Shown one piece after another: positions 50,819-60,806 of a stretch of 64,000 bases of DNA. Numbering within the stretch: the first letter of the stretch is position 1; each line of letters starts with the position of its first letter. The position numbers and the translations under genes are program-made. A model generated the notes under the pieces. That model was not told the DNA's origin. It made no database searches and saw nothing but the letters and a program-made list of their open reading frames with translations. This DNA comes from an uncultured Nitrososphaerota archaeon (GTDB taxonomy: Archaea; Thermoproteota; Nitrososphaeria; Nitrososphaerales; Gagatemarchaeaceae): contig OY969807.1 in NCBI GenBank assembly GCA_963703285.1, positions 2,112,001-2,176,000 on the forward strand, written 5' to 3'.

Positions 50819-51355
50819 TTATCGATAGTTGATCTCAAGGATTCCATCGTGTGAGGCAAAGCTCAGTTCCTCTTGAATCAGCGATTTGACGGCTGTAGAG
50901 TAATACTCCTTCAGGAAAAGAGTCCACTTCGGACCATAGTCGTGTTGCAACACTAGCTTATGGCCTGATGGAGTCTTGACGACCTTCGCACGATACCAGC
51001 CTGAGTAGATGCCCATAGGCATGAAATAATGCTTGACCAGGTCCGGCATGTTCGCGGTTCCACCTGAGAATTCCAGAGAGGGACTTAAGACCTGAGATCC
51101 GAGGTACCTTCCCAACTCCGCGAGATCTTCCGAAGCGACCAGTGGTATGATTCGAGTGAGGAACTCCTTCTGAAACACTACCCGATGTGACTCTTCAATG
51201 GTTTCATCAAGAAATGTGAACTTCGCAAATATGTGATTGACATAGGCGTTCAGGTGCATGTCTCGCCTCGAAGCTTGTTCCTCCAAGAGGGCTTTGCAAT
51301 CGGCCGCTACCCTGAAGTTGACGTGGACTGACTTTCGCGGTCTTTCCACTTCCAT
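50819..51355 (-). CDS. Ribbon-helix-helix regulator with C-terminal effector domain
   Basis: SVHVNFRV....K..LEEQA...MHLNAYVNHIF; C-terminal LQHDYG.KW..F..Y. Confidence 0.7.
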   Translation of the reverse strand: MEVERPRKSVHVNFRVAADCKALLEEQASRRDMHLNAYVNHIFAKFTFLDETIEESHRVVFQKEFLTRIIPLVASEDLAELGRYLGSQVLSPSLEFSGGTANMPDLVKHYFMPMGIYSGWYRAKVVKTPSGHKLVLQHDYGPKWTLFLKEYYSTAVKSLIQEELSFASHDGILEINYR

Positions 51356-51415
51356 GCAAGTTGACACCCGGCACCCATACTTAGCGTTTTCATGATGAAG
51401 TAGCCTGGATTGTAG

Positions 51416-51439
51416 TGCAAATGGTATCACTTTGTATCC
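51416..51439. promoter_or_regulatory. Candidate operator, copy 2
   Basis: TGCAAATGGTATCACTTTGTATCC. Confidence 0.6.
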
Positions 51440-51483
51440 GTGGTCCGTATATGGAATTCCTCCCATAAGATAAATGAAGAAAA

Positions 51484-52596
51484 ATGAATACAGCGAATCT
51501 AACGGTTCGACTATTCACCGTCAATCTTCTCCTATGTTCGGGTCTATTCGTGATTCCCTTGGCATCAGCCAGCGGGAACAGCACATCGAGCAGTGAACAG
51601 ATGAATGCCGCATGGTCCTTCCAGAACTCGATATGGGGAACAGACACGAGTGGATCATCGCAAGTTGGGGTGTTGACAATCAACTATGTCGCTACCTACA
51701 ATAGCAACAACACAGAAACGGAAATCTTCAATCTGCCAGGAATAACCGCACCAACTGCGTTGACGGAAGTATTCCTAGTCAACCGGCTTGCCAACGGTTC
51801 ATTCCAGCTAATGAATAACGAGGGAACCGGGTCCACCGTTAACGAGTATACGCCAACAGCTGCGCCAGGCTTCCGAGCACCCCCTGGGCCCTCTTCGTCC
51901 GGTCCTCAACCCATGACCTCGAGTTACTTCTGGCAGCAAGGCACGCGTGACATGGATAGCCCAAGCTACAACATCGTAGGCGCTAGCACTTACTACACTT
52001 TCTCCGGAGGAACCTACTATTCCACAAGCAACACGCTTGATATCTGGCTCTACATCTATACGAACACGGGTCAATTCATTCAAGTCACGGTCGCTTGGGG
52101 TAACGTGAACTGCGGGCAAACAGCAACCTCTGCTCCCATCTTCTCCATCGGTTACGGAAGTTCGCTGTCCAATTGTCCATCAGGAACGGCAGTTAACGGG
52201 GACACGTACTATCTGGGCATATCCTATTACGCGGGAAGCAACCAATGGCTTCTGTCGGTCTACGACACGACCAATGGCACCTTCGTTGTCCTCACGTACG
52301 TGAATGTCTCTGGCACCTATGTCAGTCCTACCAACTTCGGAGTCGCCATGGAAGGCGTCTGCTCAACCTCGACCACCTGTCCGTGGGGCATGAACATCCC
52401 GAATACTCTGCAATCGTTTGGACCGAACTTTAGCTATTCCACCCAGTGCAATCCGAGCTACACTTGTGCCAACAACTGGGTCAACTATCAATACTGGAAT
52501 TCCCCACAGAGCGGTTATGCCTTGTCTCCGCCACCCGACCTGCAATACTATGTTCGAGCTCCGAACGGGTACATCACTCAGGTGGTCTGGTACTAG
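51484..52596 (+). CDS. Secreted protein, glutamic-peptidase (G1/neprosin)-like
   Basis: Signal peptide, prodomain and Pro linker, then W....GQFIQV, GDTY.L.I....W...YD.T.G, VAMEG. Confidence 0.55.
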   Translation: MNTANLTVRLFTVNLLLCSGLFVIPLASASGNSTSSSEQMNAAWSFQNSIWGTDTSGSSQVGVLTINYVATYNSNNTETEIFNLPGITAPTALTEVFLVNRLANGSFQLMNNEGTGSTVNEYTPTAAPGFRAPPGPSSSGPQPMTSSYFWQQGTRDMDSPSYNIVGASTYYTFSGGTYYSTSNTLDIWLYIYTNTGQFIQVTVAWGNVNCGQTATSAPIFSIGYGSSLSNCPSGTAVNGDTYYLGISYYAGSNQWLLSVYDTTNGTFVVLTYVNVSGTYVSPTNFGVAMEGVCSTSTTCPWGMNIPNTLQSFGPNFSYSTQCNPSYTCANNWVNYQYWNSPQSGYALSPPPDLQYYVRAPNGYITQVVWY

Positions 52597-52713
52597 TCGA
52601 GATTCGAAGAGGCCTCGAACGTTCCGACCCGAACGATCGGGGCCTTCCCCATTTTCTTCTCGAATGCTTATGAGCAAGGAAGCAAAGAGTGGCACCATGG
52701 AAGGAGATGTTGC

Positions 52714-53196
52714 TTGGTTAATGAAACGTCTGTCCCAGCTCGGCGACCCCACCGGAAAGCTACGGCAATAATCGTCGTCGCGGTCTTGATTGTCGCGAGT
52801 GTCTTCGTCGTAGCATACGCTACCCAAGATTCCTCAACTTGCATCGAGACCGGAATCCATGGAACCTTGTATGTCCGTGTGGTTGCCGATGGCACAAACA
52901 AGCCTGTCTCAGGAGTGGACGTAACTGCCACGATAACAGATTACTGCAGCTGGCCCTATCCAGTGTCAACGAGCCTGACCAATTCCACCGGGTATTCTGA
53001 TGCATGGTACTGGACCGGCGAATTCGAAGTGAGCGTCACCTATGCCGGCTCGACGTACATGTTCCCCGCCGTAACCAATGCCGGCGTGATGTTGGCGACG
53101 CTCAGTGTTCCTTCCGGCGTCGTCGTTGAGGCAACGGTTGCGTGTTACGTGGTTTGCGCTCCTTCGTACACCAACACCGCGGTTACAGCATACTGA
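52714..53196 (+). CDS. Membrane-anchored small beta protein
   Basis: N-terminal TM; V.V..DGT.KPVSGV.V and TNSTG.S Ig/transthyretin-like pattern. Confidence 0.65.
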   Translation: MVNETSVPARRPHRKATAIIVVAVLIVASVFVVAYATQDSSTCIETGIHGTLYVRVVADGTNKPVSGVDVTATITDYCSWPYPVSTSLTNSTGYSDAWYWTGEFEVSVTYAGSTYMFPAVTNAGVMLATLSVPSGVVVEATVACYVVCAPSYTNTAVTAY

Positions 53197-53650
53197 TTTC
53201 AGCGGCCCAGTCTTTGCGGATTGTGAAAGCAAGATTGCTAAACGCTATCGTCCATGCTTAGCTTTCTGAAAATGGACAGCTGGGCCCAACGTAATCTCCT
53301 TTACTGGCATGGTTGTCCGCATGCACCATAATCGCCATGGGCGAAATATTCAGCCAGCATCCGAAGTCCTTTCCCTCCCTTTCCCCAAGAGATGACTGGC
53401 AAAAGGGTCTGTTCAGGGTGTCTTGTTGCAGGATTTCGATGACAAGAGGTTTGTCCACGGCGTGGTCAGATGGAGGTACTTTGCTGACATTTAGTTTGTC
53501 CATCGACAACAGGTGGCATGACACCCACACCTTATCCAACTCTAGGCAAAGCTGGGTAAGTATCTCCTCCGCGACGCCAGATTAGGCTACGTCCCGCGTT
53601 TGGTTGAACCGCGTGGTCGATAAACACTCACGCCGATATTGCACTATTGA

Positions 53651-53947
53651 TGAAATCTGCCCATGACATAAGCAGGTTCCACACGGATATCCAAATGGGT
53701 CTCTCCCGGTTCGAACCCCCGCAGTCTCACTCCTTTACAGCGCTTCAGTATGATGAAGTCTCTTCAGAGGGGTAAGGTCGCACGTACGTGCCGCCATACT
53801 AGACTACGGCCTAACTATAGGTTGGCAGAGACGGAATGTGGTGCATAAACAGCCGCCCCTCATTAGACTACGATGACATTGAAACCTGCGCACGCCAGAG
53901 ACAGGTTCCATACGGATATCCGGATGGGTCCCAGCGGGCCCGAACCC
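53651..53947. repeat. Diverged 68-bp direct repeat (53651-53718 and 53880-53947) ending in antisense tRNA-3'-like sequence
   Basis: Ungapped manual alignment 52/68 identical; core CAGGTTCCAYACGGATATCC. Confidence 0.8.
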
Positions 53948-54125
53948 TTGGCCTAGTTAGGAGCTTGAAGGACTAAGACTTCGAGAGGTAGAACTCATGC
54001 GTGGAACAACCAACTTGGAATGGGTTTGTATAAAAGTTTGCCCGCTCTTTGGACGGTATTTGAAACCAATTCGTTCCAAATCCTGCCGGGCCCGCTATCA
54101 TCCTTTCAAGGATTGGGGTCGAGGA

Positions 54126-54869
54126 CTAGGGATCGCGCCAGTGGCTCTTCCTTATCGCCACGGCAAAGAGCACGCAGGAGACAACCAGCAGCACCGTCCA
54201 ATCGGCCACGAGGTTCGAGAACGACAGCTGAAGGTCTCCTATGGCGTTCTGGGCTATCTCCGCCGCGTAGGTCGCCGGGGAGAGGTACGCGAGGTACCTT
54301 ATCGGGAGCGGGATGAAGGTGATCGGGTAGTATATGGGGGCGATGGTCGAGAGTATGATGGTCAGAATGCTGACGAACGCCCGGTTCTGCTGAATGTCCG
54401 TGCTGAAGGTCGAGAGCATGAAACCGAGAGCAACCGAGAACGCAAACATCAGCGAAAACATGGCCAATATCGTGAGCACGCCGATAGGGCTTGCGCGTAT
54501 GAAGAGGATCGAGAGCACCGTCAGGACCGAGAGCGCTGGGAGGGCGTTCGTGAGCGCCGCCATGGCCATCCCGACCATGTAGGTGAACGCGCTCGTGGGC
54601 GAGCTGACGAGCATGTCCTGGAGCCTGAAGTCGTTCTTCATGTGGGACAGGTCAATCTGAAGGTTCACGCCTCCGGAGATTAAGCTGGTTATCAGGGCGC
54701 CCTCGACAGAGATGCTCAGGAGCTGTCCGTGGCTCACGATCAGTATCAGTATCAGGACTGAAAACGGTGCAAGCAGGTTGCTCACCATGGTGATGGGGTA
54801 GTTCTTCATCTGGTACACCGCGTCGATTAGGATCGACGCGTAGACCTGGTTCAGCTTCCTAGCCTTCAT
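54126..54869 (-). CDS. ABC-2 type exporter permease
   Basis: 6 TM; PIYYP...P..IR.LA..SP.TY. Confidence 0.88.
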   Translation of the reverse strand: MKARKLNQVYASILIDAVYQMKNYPITMVSNLLAPFSVLILILIVSHGQLLSISVEGALITSLISGGVNLQIDLSHMKNDFRLQDMLVSSPTSAFTYMVGMAMAALTNALPALSVLTVLSILFIRASPIGVLTILAMFSLMFAFSVALGFMLSTFSTDIQQNRAFVSILTIILSTIAPIYYPITFIPLPIRYLAYLSPATYAAEIAQNAIGDLQLSFSNLVADWTVLLVVSCVLFAVAIRKSHWRDP

Positions 54870-55815
54870 GGGCGGCGCCCTCCTCGATTGAATTGTGCCG
54901 AGTGTCCTCTTCGATTGGCTTCCTTACGAAATAGTAGAAGATGTCCTCAAGCGAGACGGGATATATCGAGAATCTCCTCTTCTCCCTGACGAGCTGTTCG
55001 GTGAGACTATCGGCGTCCTCCTCGGTGGCGAATATCTGGGACGAACCGTCGTCGCCCTTAATCACCTCGCCGTTCTTGGCCTGGAAGGAAGAGCCGTCCC
55101 CGAGGAGGCGTATCCTGTACTGGTACTTCACTATCGACCTGAGCTGATTCAGGGTGCCCAGGCTGAGGAGCCTCCCGTTCTCTAGGATGCCTATCATGTC
55201 TGCGAGCCTTTCGGCCTCCTCGAGGTAGTGCGTCGTCAGGAAGATGAAGTGCGTCTTCTTCAGCTCGTTCAGCGTGGCCCAGAGGTCGGCCCTTATCACC
55301 GGGTCGAGCCCCGTCGTCGGCTCGTCCACGAAGAGGATCTTCGCATCGGTGGCGAGGACGGCGCTCATCAGCACCCTTCTCTTCACTCCGCCAGAGAGCC
55401 GCCTGTTCAGGGTGTTTTCGTATCTGCCCAGCCCTAGTTTCGAGAGCGCTCCAACGACCTTCGATTCAGCCTCCCTCCTGCTGAATCCCCTGTACAGGAG
55501 GTAGGAGTAGATGGTCTGCCTCGGCGTCAGCCAGGGGACGAGCCTCGCTTCCTGCGGCATCACCGCTATCTGTTCCCTTATTCTACCGGCGTCCTTCACG
55601 ACGTCCATCCCGTTAATGCTCGCTGCCCCTGAACTCGGCATGAGCTCCGTGGCGAGTACCCTGATCAGGGTGGTCTTCCCGGCGCCGTTCCTCCCCAGGA
55701 GAGCGAAGATTCCATTGGTCTCTATGGAGAGGCTGACGCTGTCAAGTGCCGGCGCCTCTTCTCCATACTGCTTGGTGAGGTTCCTGCATTCCAAAAAATT
55801 TTGCATCGGAATCAT
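54859..55815 (-). CDS. ABC-2 exporter ATP-binding protein
   Basis: GRNGAGKT, LSGG, DEPTTGLD, TTHYLEEAE. Confidence 0.92.
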   Translation of the reverse strand: MIPMQNFLECRNLTKQYGEEAPALDSVSLSIETNGIFALLGRNGAGKTTLIRVLATELMPSSGAASINGMDVVKDAGRIREQIAVMPQEARLVPWLTPRQTIYSYLLYRGFSRREAESKVVGALSKLGLGRYENTLNRRLSGGVKRRVLMSAVLATDAKILFVDEPTTGLDPVIRADLWATLNELKKTHFIFLTTHYLEEAERLADMIGILENGRLLSLGTLNQLRSIVKYQYRIRLLGDGSSFQAKNGEVIKGDDGSSQIFATEEDADSLTEQLVREKRRFSIYPVSLEDIFYYFVRKPIEEDTRHNSIEEGAAHEG

Positions 55816-56038
55816 TCACTTTTTGTTTAGATTTCACGGGGTGCTGAGTTGTGAGCAATGAGTATCCGTCGTCTTAAAAGGCTTTAAAGGAAACTCGACC
55901 CAAACGAGCTGACAATACCCACCTCCTCCACAACAGGATTCGGGTCAAGCCCTACGTGTAACCCTAGCAAGGTTTCTCGATTGCGTATCACACTTAAATT
56001 CGGTATCCATCGCGACGGTTGGTCAAACCGGAAACAAG

Positions 56039-57425
56039 TTGACTGCGAACAGCTCATTGTATGGCGATGGCGACCTGCAGGTTGAGAAGTTCGGGGGAGA
56101 CGTCCTCGGCGCGGGGGGAAGGTCTGGGCGATGTCCTCCAGAGGCTCTCGGAGTTCAAGGGCCGCCACCTGCTGGTCCTCTCAGCGCTCAGAGGGGTGAC
56201 GGACGCCCTGAAGGAATACAACAGCACCAAGGACGAATCCCTGCTTCGGGAGCGTCTGGTTTCGTCGTACTTCTCCGACCATCTGAGCGGCGGCGTCTCC
56301 GAGTCCCTGAACCTGAAGGCCTACATGAAGAACCTCCGGGCGATGACGGATGCGGAGGTGTTAGGCCTCGGCGAGATACTCTCCACCGACCTCCTGTACT
56401 CCTTCCTGAAGTCGAAGGATGTCAACGTCGGAAGGGTCAACTTCCTGACCTTGAACCTGCTTCCCGATCGTCAAAACATCGAGCCGAACCTTGATTTCCC
56501 GATCGTTGCGAAGCAGTACAGGGTGCGCGACGCCGACCCCGACCTAGAGGCGAGCAGGAGCAAGATGAAGGAAGTGAAGGAGCTGCTCGAGAAGCATGAT
56601 GTCGTCGTCGCGCCCGGCTTCGTGGCCCGATACAGGGACGGGCGGGCCGTCACCCTGGGGCGTGGAGGGTCGGATACCTCCCTCTTCGTCTACGCTCACT
56701 GCCTCGGGGTACCTCAAGGTATACTGTGGAAGTCGACCGAGGGTGTGAGGAGCGCGAACCCCGATATCGTCCCAGGGCATCAATTGGTCAGGCACTTCAC
56801 AGCGCTCGAGGGGCTGAACCTGACGCTCTTTGGTGGAGACATCATAAACTTCAAGGGAATGGAGATAGCGTACAAGAACGACATAACCGTCAGGGTCGCG
56901 TTCGCCAAGGATTCCCAGATATTCACGACGATAAGCAAGGAGAGCCCCCCGGGAGGGGCCGGAGATCAACCCGCCGCAAAATATGTCGGGGGCACTGCAG
57001 ACGCGGTCCTCCTGCACTTCGATCTTGAGAGGATGAAGAATCGCGTGGACAGACTGGTCGAACGAAACCTAGGGGACTTCGTCCACATACTCGGGCCGGC
57101 CCTGAACCCGACGGTCGCCGTCCTGGACGCCACGAAGTACTACGAGATCTCGGACGAGGAGGGATGGAACGAGAGGGATGGGATGCGGGTCGCGGCAGTC
57201 GGAATAGTCGGTGAAGGGCTCGGCGAGCTGAGGGGCGCGCTGGCCGAGGCTGCGAGGGTCGTCGTCGACCTCGGTGTCTTGATACGCGGGAATCTCTCGG
57301 CTACCAGGAGAGGTACGGAGGGAGGGTACATGGCGTTCTTCGTCGACCGACCCGACTACGAGAAGGTGGTCAGGTCGGAGCACGCGTGTTTCGTCGAGAA
57401 GAGAAGAGAGGCGGCGCCGAGGTAG
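56039..57425 (+). pseudogene. Aspartate kinase with a +1 frameshift in a G6 run
   Basis: VEKFGG in the frame of 56039; SALRGVTD, GE.LS, GF, TLGRGGSD and ANP in the frame of 56061; junction at 56113-56118. Confidence 0.78.
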
Positions 57426-57462
57426 CCCGGCGACGACCGCCAGACGCGCCCGTGACGAAGGG

Positions 57463-57771
57463 TCACGCGCCGTCCGCGTTCTTCAGGATGCCCTCAAGGA
57501 ACCGCTTAGCCTCCTCGACCTCTCCCCTGCCGAGGTCGGTGATCTCATAGTACCTCCTCCTCTCGAGGGGTTCGCTCCTCACCATCCCCGCGGCCTGGAG
57601 ACTGTAGAGGACCCTATACGCCGTCACGTTCCCGCTCCAGAACCCGAACTCCTCGTTGACAAGCTTCCGCAGCTCATAGCCGTACCTGGCCTTCTCGGAG
57701 AGGAGCAGGAGTATGAAGAACCAGAGGTTCTCCTTCTGGACCTTCGTCTTGAGCCTCTCCACGAATCCCAT
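57463..57771 (-). CDS. PadR-family regulator divergent from ino1
   Basis: YGYEL...AYRVL..L...G...RRYYEITD.G. Confidence 0.85.
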   Translation of the reverse strand: MGFVERLKTKVQKENLWFFILLLLSEKARYGYELRKLVNEEFGFWSGNVTAYRVLYSLQAAGMVRSEPLERRRYYEITDLGRGEVEEAKRFLEGILKNADGA

Positions 57772-57851
57772 CATTCCGACCCTCCGGCGTTCGTCCCGCA
57801 CTGCGGCACCAAAAGAAACCTTTATCCGTACATATTTTACCGCTATAAAAC

Positions 57852-58970
57852 ATGTCTGGTGTAAGGGTAGGCGTCATCGGCGTCGGAAACTGTGCTTCCG
57901 GTATCATCCAGGGTGTCCAACTGAGGAAGTCCGGAGACGAGGAAGCTGCGAAGTACGGCAACGACAAGATCGGAAGGTACAGGATCGAGGACATTGAGTT
58001 CGTGAGCGCCTTCGACGTCGGGGCCAACAAGATCGGCAAGCCGCTCTCCGTGGCAATCTACCAGCCCCCCAACGTCGTCGACTGGGTGGAGTCGGTCCCC
58101 CGCACCGACGCCGTCGTGATGGAGTCCCCCGTGCTCGACGGGGTCGGGATCTTTGTGGACAACAAGATCAAGCCCGTCAGGGACAACACGCCCGTCTCGA
58201 AGCTCCGCGGGGCCATCCTCGACCAGCTCAGAAGGACGAGGACGGAGATACTGGTGAACTACCTGCCGGTTGGCAGCCAGAAGGCGACGGAGTTCTGGGC
58301 AGAGGTCGCCCTCGAGGCCGGCGTCGGGATGGTCAACTGCATGCCCGTCTTCATCGCCTCGCGCAAGGAGTGGGCCGACAGGTTCACCGCCAAGAACATC
58401 CCGATTGTGGGCGACGACGTCAAGGGGGTCGTCGGCGCCACCATAGTTCACCGGACCCTCGCACAGCTGTGCACCGACAGGGGCGTCGAGATAACCAAGA
58501 CCTACCAGATAAACGTAGGCGGGAACACCGACTTCCTGAACATGAAGGAGGCCGCCAGGCTCGAGTCAAAGAAGATCTCGAAGACGGAGGCGGTCCAGGA
58601 CGTCCTCCCCCAGCGCCTCCCCGAGGAGAAGATCTACGTCGGACCGAGCGACTTCATCCCCTTCCTGGGAAACACGAAGCTCGCGTTCATCCGGGTGGAA
58701 GGCAGGATGTTCCCCGGGATACCGTTCAACATGGAGGTACGCCTCGAGGTCGACGACAAGGCCAACTCTGCCGGCGTGGTGGTCGATGCGATAAGGTACT
58801 GCAAGATAGCCGTGGACAGGAAGGTCGGCGGCCCGCTGCTCGCACCAAGCGCTTGGCTGATGAAGCATCCGCCCGTACCTATGCCAGACGAGGAAGCGAA
58901 GAGGGAAGCCGCCGCCTGGGCCGGGCGGAGGGGACAGGCGGGGACCAAGCCCTCCTCACGCGGAATCTAG
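57852..58970 (+). CDS. ino1: myo-Inositol-1-phosphate synthase
   Basis: GVGNCA, NYLPVGS, GDDVK..GAT..HR, NVGGNTDFLNM, SKKISKT, D..NSAG. Confidence 0.93.
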   Translation: MSGVRVGVIGVGNCASGIIQGVQLRKSGDEEAAKYGNDKIGRYRIEDIEFVSAFDVGANKIGKPLSVAIYQPPNVVDWVESVPRTDAVVMESPVLDGVGIFVDNKIKPVRDNTPVSKLRGAILDQLRRTRTEILVNYLPVGSQKATEFWAEVALEAGVGMVNCMPVFIASRKEWADRFTAKNIPIVGDDVKGVVGATIVHRTLAQLCTDRGVEITKTYQINVGGNTDFLNMKEAARLESKKISKTEAVQDVLPQRLPEEKIYVGPSDFIPFLGNTKLAFIRVEGRMFPGIPFNMEVRLEVDDKANSAGVVVDAIRYCKIAVDRKVGGPLLAPSAWLMKHPPVPMPDEEAKREAAAWAGRRGQAGTKPSSRGI

Positions 58971-59020
58971 TCCCCTTATATACGGGTCCGCCAACGAAAA
59001 GTTAGGAACTGTGAAGAAAG

Positions 59021-59584
59021 TTGTCAGTGTCGCAAGACCAAGATGATCCGAACATTAGACAGCAGGTAGACGACAGCCGAGGATTCCAGAAGAAGCTCGA
59101 GCTGCTCGTCCCCGGCCTGCGAGGGTACAGGTCACGGGAGGACCTGCGCGTCGCGGACGAATTCCTCCGCAACCAGGTCGCCGACAAGCTGGATCTCGCC
59201 AAGGCCAACCTCGAGGGAGTACGCAAGCAGATGGTCGCCGCAGGCGACTTCACCAACATCGGTCCCCTGGGGTCACTGATATTCGAGATGCAGGGCCTGA
59301 GCGGCCAGGTCCGGCACGCCCAGCAGGGTTACTCCGGATGGGTTGCCCCGATAAGCGTGAACGAGCCCCAGCTCAACAAGCTCTACGAGTACGATTACAA
59401 CTTCGTGAACTCCGCGGTCCAGCTGCAGAACGCGACCGCTCTCCAGAGCCTGGTCTACGACCCGACCGCCCCCAGCTCTGTACAGCCGAAGATATCGGCC
59501 GTGAGCGCCGCCGAGGCCGACTTCAAGCAGAAGTGGTCCGTGCGGATGGAAGCCATAGAGAATATATTGGTCCAGGGGAAGTGA
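59021..59584 (+). CDS. Helical hypothetical protein, first gene of the SPFH operon
   Basis: PG.RGY..REDLR..D..LR and A..GYSG...L..LYEYD. Confidence 0.75.
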   Translation: MSVSQDQDDPNIRQQVDDSRGFQKKLELLVPGLRGYRSREDLRVADEFLRNQVADKLDLAKANLEGVRKQMVAAGDFTNIGPLGSLIFEMQGLSGQVRHAQQGYSGWVAPISVNEPQLNKLYEYDYNFVNSAVQLQNATALQSLVYDPTAPSSVQPKISAVSAAEADFKQKWSVRMEAIENILVQGK

Positions 59585-59591
59585 TAGAGAC

Positions 59592-60797
59592 ATGTGCGGC
59601 CTATTCAGCAAGAGCTCGGGTTCGGGCGGCACGGTCCCGGCCCAGGGCGGAAGCGTCTTTGGCTCAACAACGATCAACTGGGATGACCAGTACAAGCAGA
59701 ACAACGTCATGTGGAAGGTCCCCAGACTCATCAGGCTCAACGACAACATAGTCGTCCGTGAGGACGAGATAGCGGTCTTCTACAGGGACGGAAAGGTCCT
59801 AACCTACTTCGACCAGCCCAACAGGTACGCGCTCACCGACTTCAACGCGCCCATCGTCGGGAATCTGCTGAAGTTCTTCACGGGGGTCCAGCAGCAGGCA
59901 GAGGTCTACTACCTCCAGAAGAGGTTCCTCGACGGGAAGTTCGGCAGCACCCAGCCCTACCAGTTCATGGACCCGACCTTCGGCGTGGTCAACCTGAGGA
60001 TCTTCGGGGAGTACAGGTGGAGGGTCTCTTCGCCTGAGAACTTCATCAACCAGTTTGTAGGAACGTTCAGCGCTGAGACGTCAGACGACGTCGAGTCCAG
60101 GCTCAAGGAGCAGATGGTCATCCTCGTCTACAACTCCCTAGGGAAGATGAAGAGCCAGGGGATGAAGATCACCGACCTCGCCGCGAGCCTGACCAACATC
60201 GAGCAGGCGGTCCTCGCCATCGCTCCGGACAACTTCGGCCAGTACGGCGTCGAGATAAACAAGGTCTCGGGGCTAACGATAAGCCTCCCCGACGAGGTCC
60301 AGAAGGCCATCGACACCAGGTCCCAGATGCAGGTCCTCGGCGTCAACTACATGCAGTACCAGGCGGGCCAGGCAATGACGGAGGCAGCCTCCAACCCATC
60401 GGGTACTGCGGGCATCGGCGCCGGCCTGGGAGTGGGCATCGGCGCAGGGGCGGGCATGGGCTACGCCTTCAGCGGCCAGATGGCGCAGGGGATGATGGGA
60501 GGTCCGCCCACACGGTCCTGTCCCAGCTGCGGTTCGCTCATTGCGGCGAACAGCACCTTCTGCCCGAACTGCGGCGCCACGCTGCAGCAGGCGGCCGTCC
60601 CCAAGCCGCAGGCCACCCAGACCTGCGCCCAGTGCGGTTCACCCATCCAGGCGGGCGCGAAGTTCTGCCCGAACTGCGGCGCTGCGGTCGCTATGCAGGC
60701 GCCCCCGGCCCAGCCTGCGCCGAAGGCGTGCCCCAACTGCGGAGCCCAGATAACGGGGACCTCCAAGTTCTGCCCCAACTGCGGCAAGCCCCTCTAG
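59592..60797 (+). CDS. SPFH-domain protein with C-terminal double zinc ribbons (YdjI-like)
   Basis: VRE.E.AVF.RDGK, GKFG..P..F.DP, three CPxCG...FCPNCG units. Confidence 0.85.
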   Translation: MCGLFSKSSGSGGTVPAQGGSVFGSTTINWDDQYKQNNVMWKVPRLIRLNDNIVVREDEIAVFYRDGKVLTYFDQPNRYALTDFNAPIVGNLLKFFTGVQQQAEVYYLQKRFLDGKFGSTQPYQFMDPTFGVVNLRIFGEYRWRVSSPENFINQFVGTFSAETSDDVESRLKEQMVILVYNSLGKMKSQGMKITDLAASLTNIEQAVLAIAPDNFGQYGVEINKVSGLTISLPDEVQKAIDTRSQMQVLGVNYMQYQAGQAMTEAASNPSGTAGIGAGLGVGIGAGAGMGYAFSGQMAQGMMGGPPTRSCPSCGSLIAANSTFCPNCGATLQQAAVPKPQATQTCAQCGSPIQAGAKFCPNCGAAVAMQAPPAQPAPKACPNCGAQITGTSKFCPNCGKPL

Positions 60798-60806
60798 GCG
60801 ATACGC

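Noticed and set aside
53258-53585. ORFs near the island end
   Set aside because: Overlapping short frames without motifs; probably degraded sequence
53695-53812. Functional second tRNA gene
   Set aside because: Acceptor and T stems do not pair; treated as a fossil
55985-56008. Third copy of the cassette operator (GTATCAC...GTATCC)
   Set aside because: Half-site spacing differs from the 10-bp phasing and the TGCAAA part is missing
55816-56040. Lysine riboswitch or further att copy upstream of aspartokinase
   Set aside because: No recognisable consensus; GGATTCGGGTCAAGCCC does not match the tRNA-Arg repeat
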